64,000 nt of DNA from Candidatus Moraniibacteriota bacterium (GTDB lineage: Bacteria; Patescibacteriota; Minisyncoccia; Moranbacterales; UBA9337): assembly GCA_029865125.1 (NCBI GenBank), contig JAOUHN010000001.1, positions 1,360 through 65,359 on the forward strand. The letters are read 5' to 3'. Positions 51,174 through 61,735 of the stretch are shown in pieces (position 1 is the first letter of the stretch; every line of letters starts with the position of its first letter). The notes below the pieces were generated by a model. That model was not told the origin of the DNA, made no database searches, and saw only the letters and a program-made list of their open reading frames with translations. A program made the position numbers and the translations under genes.

Positions 51174-53603
51174 ATGAAAGATAACATCAAACCACAACCG
51201 ATCGTTCAAGAAGTGCAACAATCCTATCTTGATTATGCCATGAGTGTCATCGTATCTCGCGCCCTTCCGGACGTTAGAGATGGACTGAAGCCTGTTCACA
51301 GAAGAATTCTGTATTCCATGTGGAAAACAGGACTCAGGCCAAGTGCAAAATTCAGAAAATCTGCAACCGTAGTTGGAGAAGTGCTTGGAAAATATCACCC
51401 ACATGGTGATAGTGCAGTATACGACTCCATGGTTCGTATGGCTCAAAGCTTCTCACTTCGATACCCTTTGATTTGGGGACAAGGTAACTTTGGTTCAATG
51501 GATGGAGACAGCGCAGCTGCTTATCGTTACACAGAGGCAAAGCTCAACAAAATCGCAGAAGAAATGCTTTTCGATATCGAAAAAGAAACTGTAAATTTTG
51601 TTCCAAATTTCGATGGATCTCACAAAGAGCCTTCTGTTTTGCCTGCCAAGCTTCCTCAATTGCTCTTGAACGGAACTATGGGAATCGCTGTTGGAATGGC
51701 AACCAACATCCCTCCACACAACCTAAATGAATTAGTTGATGCCATAGGTCACTTAATTGAAAATCCAAAAGCCAGCATTGATGATCTCATGCAATTTATC
51801 AAAGGTCCTGATTTTCCAACAGGAGGAGTGATCTACAACACCAAAGAAATCAGAGAAGCCTACGCTACAGGAAAAGGAAAAATCACCGCAAGAGCAAAGG
51901 CCACAATTGAAGAAAAGAAGGCGGGTCAATTTCAAATTGTCATTAACGAAATTACCTATGCAACCAACAAGGCAACTCTTTTGATGAAAATAGCCCAACT
52001 AGTCAAAGACGGAAAAATTCAAGGAATCAAAGATCTCCGAGATGAATCTGACAAAGATGGAGTGAGAATTGTAGTGTATCTAAAAAAGGATGCTTATCCT
52101 CAAAAAATTCTCAATAAGCTATATAAAGCAACTGATCTTCAAAAGAATTTCAACATGAACATGTTGGCGTTAGTCAACGGAATTGAGCCTCAAATTCTCA
52201 ACCTCAAGGCAGTTTTGGAACATTTCATCACTCATCGGGTGGAAGTTGTAACCAGAAGAACTCAGTTTGATCTTCAGAAAGCAAAAGAAAGAGCTCATAT
52301 TCTCGAAGGATTGAAAAAAGCGCTTGATCACATTGATGCAGTCATTGAAACAATCAAGAAATCAAAAAACAGAGAGGTTGCTCACAAAAATTTGATGCAG
52401 AACTTCAAGCTGTCTGACATTCAAGCCACCGCTATCTTGGAAATGAAACTTCAGACACTTTCTGGACTTGAAAGAAAAAAGATTGAAGACGAACTGAAAG
52501 AAAAAATGAAGCTTATTGCAGAACTTGAAGCGATTCTTCAAAGTGAAACCAAAATTCGAAACATCATCAAAAAAGAACTTCTTGAATTGAAAGAAAAATA
52601 TGGTGATGCTCGAAAAACCAGAGTGATCAAATCTGGAATCACTGAATTCAAGCAAGAAGATCTTGTTCCAAATGAAGAGGCTATCATCACTCTTTCTCAA
52701 GATGGCTACATCAAAAGAATGCAACCATCCGTCTATAAGGTTCAAAAGAGAGGTGGAAAAGGTGTGATCGGTGCCAGCACTAAAGAGGGCGATATCATCA
52801 ACCAAGTAAACTCAATTATGTCTCACGATGAACTCATGTTCTTCACAGACAGCGGAAAAGTGTATCAAACCAAAGCCTATGAAATTCCAGAATCATCAAG
52901 AACCGCAAAAGGACAGTCTATCGCAAACTTCCTAGAACTATCCAACAAAGAAAGAATCACAGAAGTAATAGCCTACAACAAAAGCGATAACTACAAATAT
53001 CTATTCATGGCAACAGAAAAAGGGCTCATCAAAAAAGTAAAAATTGATGATTTCGCAAATGTTCGCCGAAGTGGCCTCATTGCCATCAACTTGAATAAAG
53101 ATGATAAACTTGGATGGGTAAAGCCAACCACAGGAACCGACAATATCATCATCACAACAGCCAATGGACAAGCGATACGATTCAAAGAAGCTGACACGAG
53201 AGCCATGGGAAGAAATGCAACTGGAGTTCGCGGAATAAAATTGAAAGGAGAGGACAAGGTTGTTGGAATGGACGCGGTGCTTTCCACTCAAAAAGGTAAC
53301 CAATTATTGATTATCACACAAAAAGGATATGGAAAAAGAGCTAACCTGTCATTATACAAGATTCAAAAACGAGGCGGATCTGGAATAAAAACCGCAAAAA
53401 TCACTCCAAAAACAGGAACTATCGCAGGAGCAACCATTGTCAACACTGAAGACCTGGACAGAGATGTGATCATAACATCCACCAGAGGTCAGATCATCCG
53501 AATTCCACTCAAGAGCTTCTCCACCCTAGGAAGAGCTACTCAAGGAGTCCGAATGATGAGACTAAAAGCAGATGACCACGTAGCAGCTTCAACAGTGCTA
53601 TAG
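51174..53603 (+). CDS. gyrA: DNA gyrase subunit A
   Basis: [24 protein letters not shown], the catalytic Tyr region [11 protein letters not shown], and the GyrA box VQKRGGKGV. 809 aa. Confidence 0.95.
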   Translation: MKDNIKPQPIVQEVQQSYLDYAMSVIVSRALPDVRDGLKPVHRRILYSMWKTGLRPSAKFRKSATVVGEVLGKYHPHGDSAVYDSMVRMAQSFSLRYPLIWGQGNFGSMDGDSAAAYRYTEAKLNKIAEEMLFDIEKETVNFVPNFDGSHKEPSVLPAKLPQLLLNGTMGIAVGMATNIPPHNLNELVDAIGHLIENPKASIDDLMQFIKGPDFPTGGVIYNTKEIREAYATGKGKITARAKATIEEKKAGQFQIVINEITYATNKATLLMKIAQLVKDGKIQGIKDLRDESDKDGVRIVVYLKKDAYPQKILNKLYKATDLQKNFNMNMLALVNGIEPQILNLKAVLEHFITHRVEVVTRRTQFDLQKAKERAHILEGLKKALDHIDAVIETIKKSKNREVAHKNLMQNFKLSDIQATAILEMKLQTLSGLERKKIEDELKEKMKLIAELEAILQSETKIRNIIKKELLELKEKYGDARKTRVIKSGITEFKQEDLVPNEEAIITLSQDGYIKRMQPSVYKVQKRGGKGVIGASTKEGDIINQVNSIMSHDELMFFTDSGKVYQTKAYEIPESSRTAKGQSIANFLELSNKERITEVIAYNKSDNYKYLFMATEKGLIKKVKIDDFANVRRSGLIAINLNKDDKLGWVKPTTGTDNIIITTANGQAIRFKEADTRAMGRNATGVRGIKLKGEDKVVGMDAVLSTQKGNQLLIITQKGYGKRANLSLYKIQKRGGSGIKTAKITPKTGTIAGATIVNTEDLDRDVIITSTRGQIIRIPLKSFSTLGRATQGVRMMRLKADDHVAASTVL

Positions 53604-53679
53604 TCCTTGAGCTAACTTTCTGAGAACAATAAAAAGTTATTTACTAAGTGAATAGCTTTTTATTATATCCGAGTAATTC

Positions 53680-53875
53680 AAAGTGCAAAATGCAAAAATC
53701 AAAACCACATTTCAAAGATCAAAACTCTCCATTACCCTATGCATTCTCTAAAAAAATAACTTTTCATAATTAACAAATGAATTCACTGATTTGATATGAC
53801 TACCTGATTTAAAGGTTTTTAGTTGTACATTGTGATTTTGAGTTTTGATCTTTGAGCTTTGATTTGAATTATCCT
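53680..53875 (+). promoter_or_regulatory. Inverted-repeat leader upstream of rpsO (possible S15 autoregulatory structure)
   Basis: CAAAGATCAAAACTC (53713-53727) pairs with GAGTTTTGATCTTTG (53838-53852), with further AAATCAAA/TTTGATTT pairing. Confidence 0.4.
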
Positions 53876-53978
53876 CTTGCCAAAAAAGAAAATTAATGTT
53901 AACGTACAAGTGTAATTTAACTTATAAGGCATGCATTGGTTTTCGGGAATACGGAACGAATGTTTAGCTGAAAAACGT

Positions 53979-54248
53979 ATGGCGCTTACAAAAAAGCAAA
54001 AAGACACAGTAACAAAGGGAGTAAAGAGACACGAAACTGACAGTGGTTCTCCAGAATATCAAATTGCCCTTTTTACTGAGAAGATCAAAAAGCTAACTAC
54101 TCACCTAAAGAAGAACAAGAAAGATTTTCATTCAAGACGTGGTCTTTTGAAAATGGTTTCAAAGAGAAAGAAGCTTATGGGATATCTTCAAAAAACTGAT
54201 GAGAAATCATACAAGAAACTTATCAAAAAACTTGAACTAAAAGGATAA
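53979..54248 (+). CDS. rpsO: 30S ribosomal protein S15
   Basis: MALTKKQK...LTTHLKKNKKDFHSRRGLLKMVSKRKKLMGYL; 90 aa from the internal Met. Confidence 0.93.
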   Translation: MALTKKQKDTVTKGVKRHETDSGSPEYQIALFTEKIKKLTTHLKKNKKDFHSRRGLLKMVSKRKKLMGYLQKTDEKSYKKLIKKLELKG

Positions 54249-54317
54249 AACTTCAAATATACTTTAAAGCGAATGATTTTCATTCGCTTTAATTGTCTAG
54301 AGACCAACCTGCCGCCA

Positions 54318-54368
54318 TTTGTCATCCTGAGCTTGATTCAGGATCCCTAAGTCCTAGCACACACTCGG
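54318..54368. repeat. REP-like dispersed element, copy D
   Basis: TTTGTCATCCTGAGCTTGATTCAGGATCCCTAAGTCCTAGCACACACTCGG. Confidence 0.85.
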
Positions 54369-54470
54369 CACCATACTGAGATTCTGAAACAAATTCAGAA
54401 TGACACAAAGATGCACGGTTCACACAAAAAACAAATTTCACTAAATAAACTTAGTATTTAATAAAACAAT

Positions 54471-54968
54471 ATGTCAAAATTCAAAGAACAACGCGTAGGA
54501 ATGCTAGTGGACATTCAAAATCTCTACTACAGCGCTCGCGTAATCTACAAAAAGAAAGTAAACTTCAAAAACATTCTCACAGAAGGAGTTTCTGACAGAA
54601 AGCTGATCAGAGCAATCGCCTATGGAATCAAAACACTCGAAGGATCCGAAGAAAAATTCCTTGAAGCAGTTGAAAAACATGGATTTGAAATCAAAACCAA
54701 AGATCTCCAAATTTTTCCGGGGGGAGCAAAAAAAGGAGATTGGGATGTTGGGATCGCAGTAGATGCAATCAAAATGTCCAAGAGTCTCGATGTTATCATC
54801 TTGGTCTCTGGAGATGGAGACTTCATTCCACTCGTTGAATATATCCAAAACACAACGGGTTGTCGTGTGGAAGTAATCGCTTTCAAAGAATCAGGAAGCT
54901 CCAAGCTCATCGAAGTGGCAGATGACTTCATAGACCTGTCATCCAACAAGAAAAAGTTCTTGATTTAA
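54471..54968 (+). CDS. NYN-domain (LabA-like, PIN-related) protein
   Basis: MLVDIQNLYYS...GDWDVGIAVDA...ILVSGDGDF; 165 aa. Confidence 0.8.
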   Translation: MSKFKEQRVGMLVDIQNLYYSARVIYKKKVNFKNILTEGVSDRKLIRAIAYGIKTLEGSEEKFLEAVEKHGFEIKTKDLQIFPGGAKKGDWDVGIAVDAIKMSKSLDVIILVSGDGDFIPLVEYIQNTTGCRVEVIAFKESGSSKLIEVADDFIDLSSNKKKFLI

Positions 54969-54975
54969 ACTATCA

Positions 54976-55010
54976 ACAAAAAACTACTCATCAAATGAGT
55001 AGTTTTTTGT
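54976..55010. terminator. Bidirectional terminator (ACTACTCAT-CAA-ATGAGTAGT)
   Basis: A6 upstream and T6 downstream. Serves both the NYN gene and tRNA-Leu. Confidence 0.7.
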
Positions 55011-55016
55011 TATTCT

Positions 55017-55100
55017 GGTGCCGCGGGAGAGACTCGAACTCTCACGGGTTGCCCCACCAGTTCCTAAGACTGGCGTGTATACCAATTTCACCACCGCGGC
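55017..55100 (-). tRNA. tRNA-Leu (anticodon UAG), class II, CCA encoded
   Basis: Reverse strand: GCCGCGG-TG-GTGA-AATTGGTAT-ACAC-G-CCAGT-CTTAGGA-ACTGG-TGGGGCAACCCGT-GAGAG-TTCGAGT-CTCTC-CCGCGGC-A-CCA. Confidence 0.85.
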
Positions 55101-55401
55101 GTAATAAAAACCTGGGTTCACAGGTTTTTTCAAGTACCCTACGAGTGTAATACAATTTTTCAAACTTTGCAAGAGCCCCAAATTACGAATGTATGAATGA
55201 AAGAATATAAGCATTTAGGCATAATCCTAAATTCTCAACTTCCTATCCCAATACCTGGGCAATCCGCATCACTTCTTCCTTGAGCGCCCCATCATTCTCA
55301 TATTCCCCGCTTCAAACTTCTTTTTAATCAAAAAGCAAGCGCTTGTCCTACAAAAACAAACACTTGCTATATATCACCTCCCCGAAATAAAGAACTTTCC
55401 C

Positions 55402-56241
55402 TTAATGCTTAATCGACTCAAGCCCAACGCTTTTGACCCAAAAGCCGGTCTCGTCGTCTCGTTCGATGGAAACCGTCGAACCGACATTTTCCATCGTGGC
55501 CTTCCATTTTCGAAGATCGGCATACTCCCGATCATCAAAATGGACTGGCCGACCTTCCCTTTGGGCCAGCAATGCCCGACACATCATGTCGGCTGCCAAC
55601 CACTCGGCCTGTTCCTCGAGAGTGGCCTTGGAGTACTCAATGCTCCAATGCCAGCCCTCTTGGACAAACCCAGTCAAAAGGGTCGAGGGGTCGACCTGAC
55701 CCGGGAAAAATAGCTGGGTCCTGCCAGCAAATTTTCCCGAAGTCGCTGTGACGGAAATTCCGCGATAAACGCGGATTTCGTCAAAGCCCTCAGTTAGTTC
55801 CGGCAGATTATCGGCCAACTGACTGGCCATCTGCCGAATAGTATCCTCCGGGAGGGTCGCTTTCTTGCCCTGAGCCGCCCGCTTTTGCTGGCGCTCAAGG
55901 CAAACCTCCAGTGGTGTGTCCATCAGGACCGCCACCACTCGGGAAGCATGTGGCTTTCCAGCCAGGATGTTGTCCCGACGCCATTTCCGAATAATATTCG
56001 TGGCATCAAAAACGACATCCCGGCCAGCCTTGAGACTGCCGGCAATTTCTTGCCTAGCAATCTCGAAAGCCCTGTCAGACCCAACTCGGTGCTTCACCCG
56101 AATATCATCCGGGCAAATCACCGTCGCCTCGGTTGTTTCGGCAATCCATTTCGCATGAAACGACTTGCCAGAACCGGGGATGCCGACCATGAACCAAAAG
56201 GTTGGCCCTGTCATTTCTGGCATCAATCCTCCTTTTTCCAA
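55402..56241 (-). CDS. P-loop polynucleotide-kinase-like (AAA_33/zeta-like) kinase with C-terminal domain of unknown function; high GC
   Basis: Walker A MVGIPGSGKS and an FDATN motif; 279 aa. Roughly 55% GC against roughly 33% for the window. Confidence 0.65.
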   Translation of the reverse strand: MEKGGLMPEMTGPTFWFMVGIPGSGKSFHAKWIAETTEATVICPDDIRVKHRVGSDRAFEIARQEIAGSLKAGRDVVFDATNIIRKWRRDNILAGKPHASRVVAVLMDTPLEVCLERQQKRAAQGKKATLPEDTIRQMASQLADNLPELTEGFDEIRVYRGISVTATSGKFAGRTQLFFPGQVDPSTLLTGFVQEGWHWSIEYSKATLEEQAEWLAADMMCRALLAQREGRPVHFDDREYADLRKWKATMENVGSTVSIERDDETGFWVKSVGLESIKH

Positions 56242-56430
56242 TAAACCCGGAATTTGAATTTTTATTCCAAAGAACTCCTCTCATCTTTGAAACACCAATT
56301 TATTGGTATCTCAATAATGAGTTTCAAACGCCGCGCCGTTTGAACTGATTTTAACCCTTTTTTAAATTAAAGAACTATTTACCACACGCGGGTGACACAC
56401 AAATCAGTCCTCAGACCATATTGTTCCGTC

Positions 56431-56922
56431 TCAGAAAACATGGTCGCCTCCTTCGCCATTAAAGATTCGTATTGATGAGCGAAACTCTTCTTCATCCCGC
56501 TCCTCCTCATCATCAACTGAAGGACCGACTTGCAGTCGATCCCATTCGTAGTCGGTCACGGGAATCACTGGGCGAGCATCCCAAGTGACTCTTTCTGGGG
56601 GATAGACTTCAGTCCAGATAAATTCATCATCTGGGCTGAAATCAACGAATACCACCTTATAGGTGGTTCCGTCGAATGCTACAGCCTCCACGGTTTTTCT
56701 TTTTGCCTTCACCTCCTTCCGATATAGTATATCTATATCGTCCCGATACTGTTCATGATACTCCGCCAAGAGCATTCCCTCGATAAAGGACCTCTTGACA
56801 TCTTCGTCTTCTACGGTGTAGAGGACGTGAACGGTAGCAACCGCTCTCTCATGAAAAGCACACGGGTCAAAGTCCAGCCCAAGATCGAGCATCTTCGCTA
56901 CCTGCGCAGCTATTTTGCTCAT
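56431..56922 (-). CDS. Hypothetical acidic protein, high GC
   Basis: 163 aa with no motif; acidic C-terminal stretch DDEEERDEEEF. Confidence 0.5.
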   Translation of the reverse strand: MSKIAAQVAKMLDLGLDFDPCAFHERAVATVHVLYTVEDEDVKRSFIEGMLLAEYHEQYRDDIDILYRKEVKAKRKTVEAVAFDGTTYKVVFVDFSPDDEFIWTEVYPPERVTWDARPVIPVTDYEWDRLQVGPSVDDEEERDEEEFRSSIRIFNGEGGDHVF

Positions 56923-56949
56923 AAACCAGGGTTATTCTCAGTTTTAGAA

Positions 56950-57155
56950 ACAAATGAAGCGAGCATCTTTTTCATAACCATTCCCTCCTCAGAAAATTTT
57001 GCCCAAAAACGGGCGTTAAACTTTGCTCAAAACGAGCCTTTCTGTTACGAACCTAAAACAACTTTTTTGAAATTATCTTGGGTTCGTAGCAGAAGCCTGA
57101 AAGAAAATATATGATTTTCTCGGATAAATATTTTTTGATTCAAAGAACTTTTCAA
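56950..57155. repeat. Roughly 175-bp direct repeat, copy 1 (contains a conserved hairpin)
   Basis: About 85% identical to 61736-61910; the 3' 50 nt are identical (AAATATATGATTTTCTCGGATAAATATTTTTTGATTCAAAGAACTTTTC). Confidence 0.9.
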
Positions 57156-57228
57156 CTATAAGCTTTCAATAAATTCAAAAGCTTAATAATCGGCAGGAGA
57201 ACGGATCGCTGTCCATTCTCCTGCTTTC

Positions 57229-58107
57229 CTACATTCTTCTTGCTATAGCGGCCTGCCTTACCGCTAGGCTAGAGGAGGAAGAGGTCACATTGGCGAGCTC
57301 AAAGACTCGCTTCACGCACCTCTCCGCCTCCTCACGAGACAAATGCGGTCCTAGTCCAATTCCTTCGCGCAAATACCACTCGCGCGGGGATAGAAGACTG
57401 AAACCTGCATCTGCTACTTTTTCCCGCCAACCATCCTCGGGTAGAATTTCTTCGTTTTCTTTCCCGATATAATGTCGGCGTGAGGCCTCCGGCATCCATG
57501 AACTCATCCGAGCATCGCAATACCGGAGACCTTTGACCGAGATCTCGCTATATCCGAGCTTGTGTAACTCGGACAGGAATCCGAGATCGGAAACTCCTGC
57601 TATATACGGATGCGCTATTGGCAAGGCGCGCACTCCATACTCTTTTGCCAATGCGAGAGTTTCGAGGTGCTGTTGCACCGAAACTCTTTCGATTGGTAAA
57701 TGGTTGCCCGTAATCCCGACTACTAAAAACAGATTGTGATATTGGGCGAGCTGTGCCATTTGCCAACGGCTTGCCGGCCACTTTGACACTAAAGTGACCA
57801 GTTTTGTCCGGGACGCCACCTGCTCAAGAAAATATTGCAAGTAGTAGTCGATTTTTGGCCAGAGAGGATCAGTGATGGCAGTAAATCCGACAAAATCCCC
57901 CTCAAGCACTTCCCAAGGAAAGTTGAAAAAGCGACGTTCAACTTCATTGTTTTCAATGATCCAAGGTGGCACATTGATATATGTGCATGCCTTGTTGATA
58001 CCCGCCACTGGATTTTGATTCCAGACTTCACGGCGGGTATCATGCTCGGTGATGAAACAGTATTTACAAGCCACTGGGCAAGCCGGATTTCCAGCAATGA
58101 ATTTCAT
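57229..58107 (-). CDS. SplB-like radical SAM protein, high GC
   Basis: N-terminal AGNPACPVACKYCFIT (Cx3CxYC[F]); 292 aa. Overlaps the upstream ORF by 4 nt. Confidence 0.7.
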   Translation of the reverse strand: MKFIAGNPACPVACKYCFITEHDTRREVWNQNPVAGINKACTYINVPPWIIENNEVERRFFNFPWEVLEGDFVGFTAITDPLWPKIDYYLQYFLEQVASRTKLVTLVSKWPASRWQMAQLAQYHNLFLVVGITGNHLPIERVSVQQHLETLALAKEYGVRALPIAHPYIAGVSDLGFLSELHKLGYSEISVKGLRYCDARMSSWMPEASRRHYIGKENEEILPEDGWREKVADAGFSLLSPREWYLREGIGLGPHLSREEAERCVKRVFELANVTSSSSSLAVRQAAIARRM

Positions 58108-59261
58108 TTTCTGTTTCCTTTGAAAAAATTTAATAATTCAGTCGGCATACACCCAACTGAACCTTTGTTTGGATACAACTCGCTCACGCAGTACTTGCAC
58201 CCAAAACAATTATCCAGCTGACGCGCCCAGACAAACCAAGAGTTTATGCAATGAATTGACATCTTCGTCAGTTCTTGCATTTTCGTGACATGCCCGACAT
58301 CCTTTCTTGCTCCGTCCACCATACCCGGCTTCACACAAAGCGTTCCACCAAGCACGAACCGACAAAAAGTCAAATCACCAAGGGTTTCGGCATTGTGAAC
58401 CATTACTCGCGGTTGCCTTTGTACGAAACAAGTCGTGCAACACGACTGACATTCTAACCTATTGTCAGTCTGAAACCCACAGACTTGCCTTGAGGCTGGT
58501 TGGTATTCAATATCATATCCAACCTGCCTGAGCCAGATCAAAACTTCCTGATCAGGCTCAACCGGACCACATGTTCCACGTAAGGGACATCCGATCGCCT
58601 CACAGCGCACTAATTGGGGTGAGCCCCAGTATGGATTGAGTGGCTTCTCCCGTCCAGTGAGATATGAAACAGCACAGTTCACTCTCGTGAACAACCGGAT
58701 TCCGTTCTCTTTCGCAACCCGCAAAATCTGATCAAATCCAGTCATCTGTTTCACACGCAAAACCCAGTCTATCGCATTGTCAGGGTTAACCGCCTCTACG
58801 AGAGAAGCGTCTCCGCGAAATCCTGAGACACAGGCCACTTTGCATCCCACTGCCTGAAGGCGAGTGAAAATGCGATTGATTACCTCCTCACTAGTGTTGT
58901 AAGGAGGAATGAGCGGCCGCACTGCTGCAAAACATTTAACTCCTGCTTCCCGAAGATTACGGAGTGTCTCATACCGATGATCGTGTCCGACTTTTTCAAA
59001 TCCGTCAGGAAGCTCACTAATGGAAACCATCACGACAAGCCCAGAAAGATTCAAAAAAGCTAACTCGTTTGCGCGAGATGGACCAATTGATCCTTTGGTG
59101 ATAACACTCACTGGGCCAGTGTGACCCGCCTCAGCCAATAACCGCAACTTCCTCATAGTGTCCTCCCACTGCAAAGTGGGGTCACCATAGTAACAATTTA
59201 TAGATACCGGCATAGACAGCAAAGCCCTTATTATCTTTTTCATAACGCCCTCCTGCGTCAT
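58104..59261 (-). CDS. Cys-rich protein of unknown function (multiple CxxC/CxxCxxC clusters), high GC
   Basis: 385 aa, translationally coupled to the radical SAM gene. C-terminal NCFGCKYC and CQSCCTTC clusters. Confidence 0.55.
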   Translation of the reverse strand: MTQEGVMKKIIRALLSMPVSINCYYGDPTLQWEDTMRKLRLLAEAGHTGPVSVITKGSIGPSRANELAFLNLSGLVVMVSISELPDGFEKVGHDHRYETLRNLREAGVKCFAAVRPLIPPYNTSEEVINRIFTRLQAVGCKVACVSGFRGDASLVEAVNPDNAIDWVLRVKQMTGFDQILRVAKENGIRLFTRVNCAVSYLTGREKPLNPYWGSPQLVRCEAIGCPLRGTCGPVEPDQEVLIWLRQVGYDIEYQPASRQVCGFQTDNRLECQSCCTTCFVQRQPRVMVHNAETLGDLTFCRFVLGGTLCVKPGMVDGARKDVGHVTKMQELTKMSIHCINSWFVWARQLDNCFGCKYCVSELYPNKGSVGCMPTELLNFFKGNRK

Positions 59262-59360
59262 TATTTATATCAAAGAACCTCTAACATTAAATTCTTGCGC
59301 ACAATTGCGCTTTTGGAAAAACCAATTTTGCGTCCCCAAAAGCGCAATCAAGCGCTTATT

Positions 59361-60737
59361 TTATCTTTTTGTTATCTCCTTGATAGCCAAGATGAACCTC
59401 TCAACATCCTCATTGGTATTGCACAAAGAAAATGAAGCTCTGATAAATCCCGGCACCGCGCTTTTCTTTTCGTTTTTAATATTCTCAATAATTTCTTTTT
59501 CATCTTCAATCCTTAGCAACTTTCGAATCACATTATAAACACAGAAACTTCCATATCTTACACCAATACCGAATTCACTGTTCAATCTCTCTGCAACTTT
59601 TTTTGAATTCATACCTTTGATATTAAAAGGCAATACCGTATTTAAATGCTTTTCTGATACATATAACTCAATCTTTGGATTTGATTTTAAATAATCAAAA
59701 GCTTTCTTGGTTAGTTTTTTTTCATAACTTTCAATATTTTCAATCCCAATATTTCTCAATTCTTCTAATGCATACATCATTGACACCGCTCCAACCGCAT
59801 TGGGCGTCCCAGGATCATGAGCTAGCTGATTCTTATATCTCAGAAATTCACCTTCTTTAGTTATGTATGGCAAATTTCCACCACCGATCTCATAAGAAAT
59901 AAATTTGTCAAAGAAATTTTTCGGTCCAATCAAGAATCCTCCGCCATAAGGAGCATAGAACTTATGACCCGATGCCGCCAAAAAGTCGATTCCCATTTTC
60001 TGCATATCTATTTTATGGTGTTGAATGAATTGACAAGCGTCCACAATAAAATACGCCCCGTGTTTATGAACAATTTCTCCAATTTTTTTAATATCAGGAC
60101 AATAACCGGTTGCATTTGATGAGGCGGTCAACACAAAAGCTTTGATTTTATTAGTACTCAAAATATTTTCAATACTTTTCAAATCAAATTCAAACTCATT
60201 ATTAACATCATATTGCACAACCTGCTTTCTTCCTTCTTTTTGAATTTTTTCACTAACATTATCCATTTCAGATAAATCAAACTGCTTCTTGCCTATTTTT
60301 TTAATCCCCTCAGCTTTGATCCAAGGAAGCCACGAGGAAGAATGTTCTATTCCAGAAACAGCTACTTTTCCCTCCAAAAATGAAAAATAATGTGCAGCCG
60401 CATTCATTGCACCTGTTGTATTTCCCGTAAAAACAACGTAATCGCTCTTAGGAGCATTAACAAATTTTTTTATAACATCCCTACTTTTTTCATAAATATC
60501 TGTAGAAATTTTTGATTTTATTCCTGCACCTCTATGAACAGACCCGTAACTAGATAAATATTCATCAACTTTTTTCTGAACAGCTCTAAAGGGAGGTGTT
60601 GTAGCAGCATTATCTAAATTAACATAACGAACAACCCCAAGTTTACTTGTTTCAACTTGGTAATTATGAATTTTACTCAAAAATAATTTCTTTGGATTAA
60701 TTTTCATATAAAAAAATATTAATAATTTTCTCTTCAT
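59361..60737 (-). CDS. Class V aminotransferase / cysteine-desulfurase-like PLP enzyme (AT-rich, native composition)
   Basis: PLP-Lys motif ASGHKFYAPYGGGFL, an N-terminal NLDNAATTP, and a C-terminal GSFC loop. 458 aa. Confidence 0.75.
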   Translation of the reverse strand: MKRKLLIFFYMKINPKKLFLSKIHNYQVETSKLGVVRYVNLDNAATTPPFRAVQKKVDEYLSSYGSVHRGAGIKSKISTDIYEKSRDVIKKFVNAPKSDYVVFTGNTTGAMNAAAHYFSFLEGKVAVSGIEHSSSWLPWIKAEGIKKIGKKQFDLSEMDNVSEKIQKEGRKQVVQYDVNNEFEFDLKSIENILSTNKIKAFVLTASSNATGYCPDIKKIGEIVHKHGAYFIVDACQFIQHHKIDMQKMGIDFLAASGHKFYAPYGGGFLIGPKNFFDKFISYEIGGGNLPYITKEGEFLRYKNQLAHDPGTPNAVGAVSMMYALEELRNIGIENIESYEKKLTKKAFDYLKSNPKIELYVSEKHLNTVLPFNIKGMNSKKVAERLNSEFGIGVRYGSFCVYNVIRKLLRIEDEKEIIENIKNEKKSAVPGFIRASFSLCNTNEDVERFILAIKEITKR

Positions 60738-60895
60738 CTCAAATCTTATTCGTATATTTGTAAATTTGTGAAAAATTTGTAATTCATATACTAAATAAGA
60801 TCTGAGAAAAGGGATAGAGCAGGCAAGCGCTGTTGCGTGCTCTATCTGTTGTGAGAGAGTTTAGTTTAGGCACTCTCTCGGAAGCCTTGAAATAT

Positions 60896-61732
60896 TTATC
60901 CTTTTACAACTACCCCGGCAAACCCACGAGTGGGATTGCCATAGGCATTTCCGATCCGATTTGGGAGTGAGTTTCCCCACCCCATAAACCGATTGACGAT
61001 CTCGGGCGTCGTATGTCCGCCGAGAACAATTTTCTTGTTCCCGGTTGGGTTCCGGTCGCGATCGACATCGTCGATCATGGCAATGTAGGCCTCGCCCGTT
61101 ACCAATGCCGCCTCAGGCAGTTCATCGATTAAACCGGCCTCGCGAAGATCGCGGACACCGTCCACGACCTTTGCCTCCTGAAGCTTGTCTTTGGCCTTGG
61201 CGATAAACTCCCGAATTTTTTCTTCATCTGCCTTTTGGGCAGTTCGAGGGTTAGTGGCATAAAATGCCGCCTTCCCCTTGATGCGAAACTCTAAAAACTC
61301 CTCCGGGTCAATCCCAGAGCAACGCCCAGCATAGGCATCCGCTGGGCAATGGTCACCGGCAGCAACCAATTCCAGCTGATGAGTACGCTCCACACCAAGG
61401 ATGGCGCAAAGCTGCCCCAAGGAGGAAGCGTCCCAGTACCGGTCGGCCCCGAGACCATAACCGAAATCGCCAGGATTGTGGTGGTCGCAAATGCCAACCA
61501 CCGACATGGAGCCGGCACAGTTCGGGTTGACCTCGAATATAATTACCTGTTGAACAAGAGCGAAATCACCCTCGTCAACAACGTAACCATCTGCCTGGTA
61601 AGCATTGCCCCCGTGGACTTTCGTCCCGGAGACAGTTGCTGTGGCCAGCACACATCCCGCTTCACGGGCCACATTGCGTGCTGCTTGCTCTTCGTTATCT
61701 TGGCCACCGAAAACTACCATTGTATTTTTCAT
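60896..61732 (-). CDS. Hypothetical protein, high GC
   Basis: 278 aa with roughly 57% GC. No recognised motif (contains CDHHNPGD). Confidence 0.5.
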   Translation of the reverse strand: MKNTMVVFGGQDNEEQAARNVAREAGCVLATATVSGTKVHGGNAYQADGYVVDEGDFALVQQVIIFEVNPNCAGSMSVVGICDHHNPGDFGYGLGADRYWDASSLGQLCAILGVERTHQLELVAAGDHCPADAYAGRCSGIDPEEFLEFRIKGKAAFYATNPRTAQKADEEKIREFIAKAKDKLQEAKVVDGVRDLREAGLIDELPEAALVTGEAYIAMIDDVDRDRNPTGNKKIVLGGHTTPEIVNRFMGWGNSLPNRIGNAYGNPTRGFAGVVVKG

Positions 61733-61735
61733 CGC

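Noticed and set aside
56755-57114. ORF 119 aa and its counterpart 61605-61838
   Set aside because: Both lie in the two copies of the 175-bp repeat and contain the conserved hairpin. The peptide similarity (FAQKRAL...YEPKTTFLKLS) is a by-product of the DNA repeat, there is no RBS, and they are more likely noncoding.
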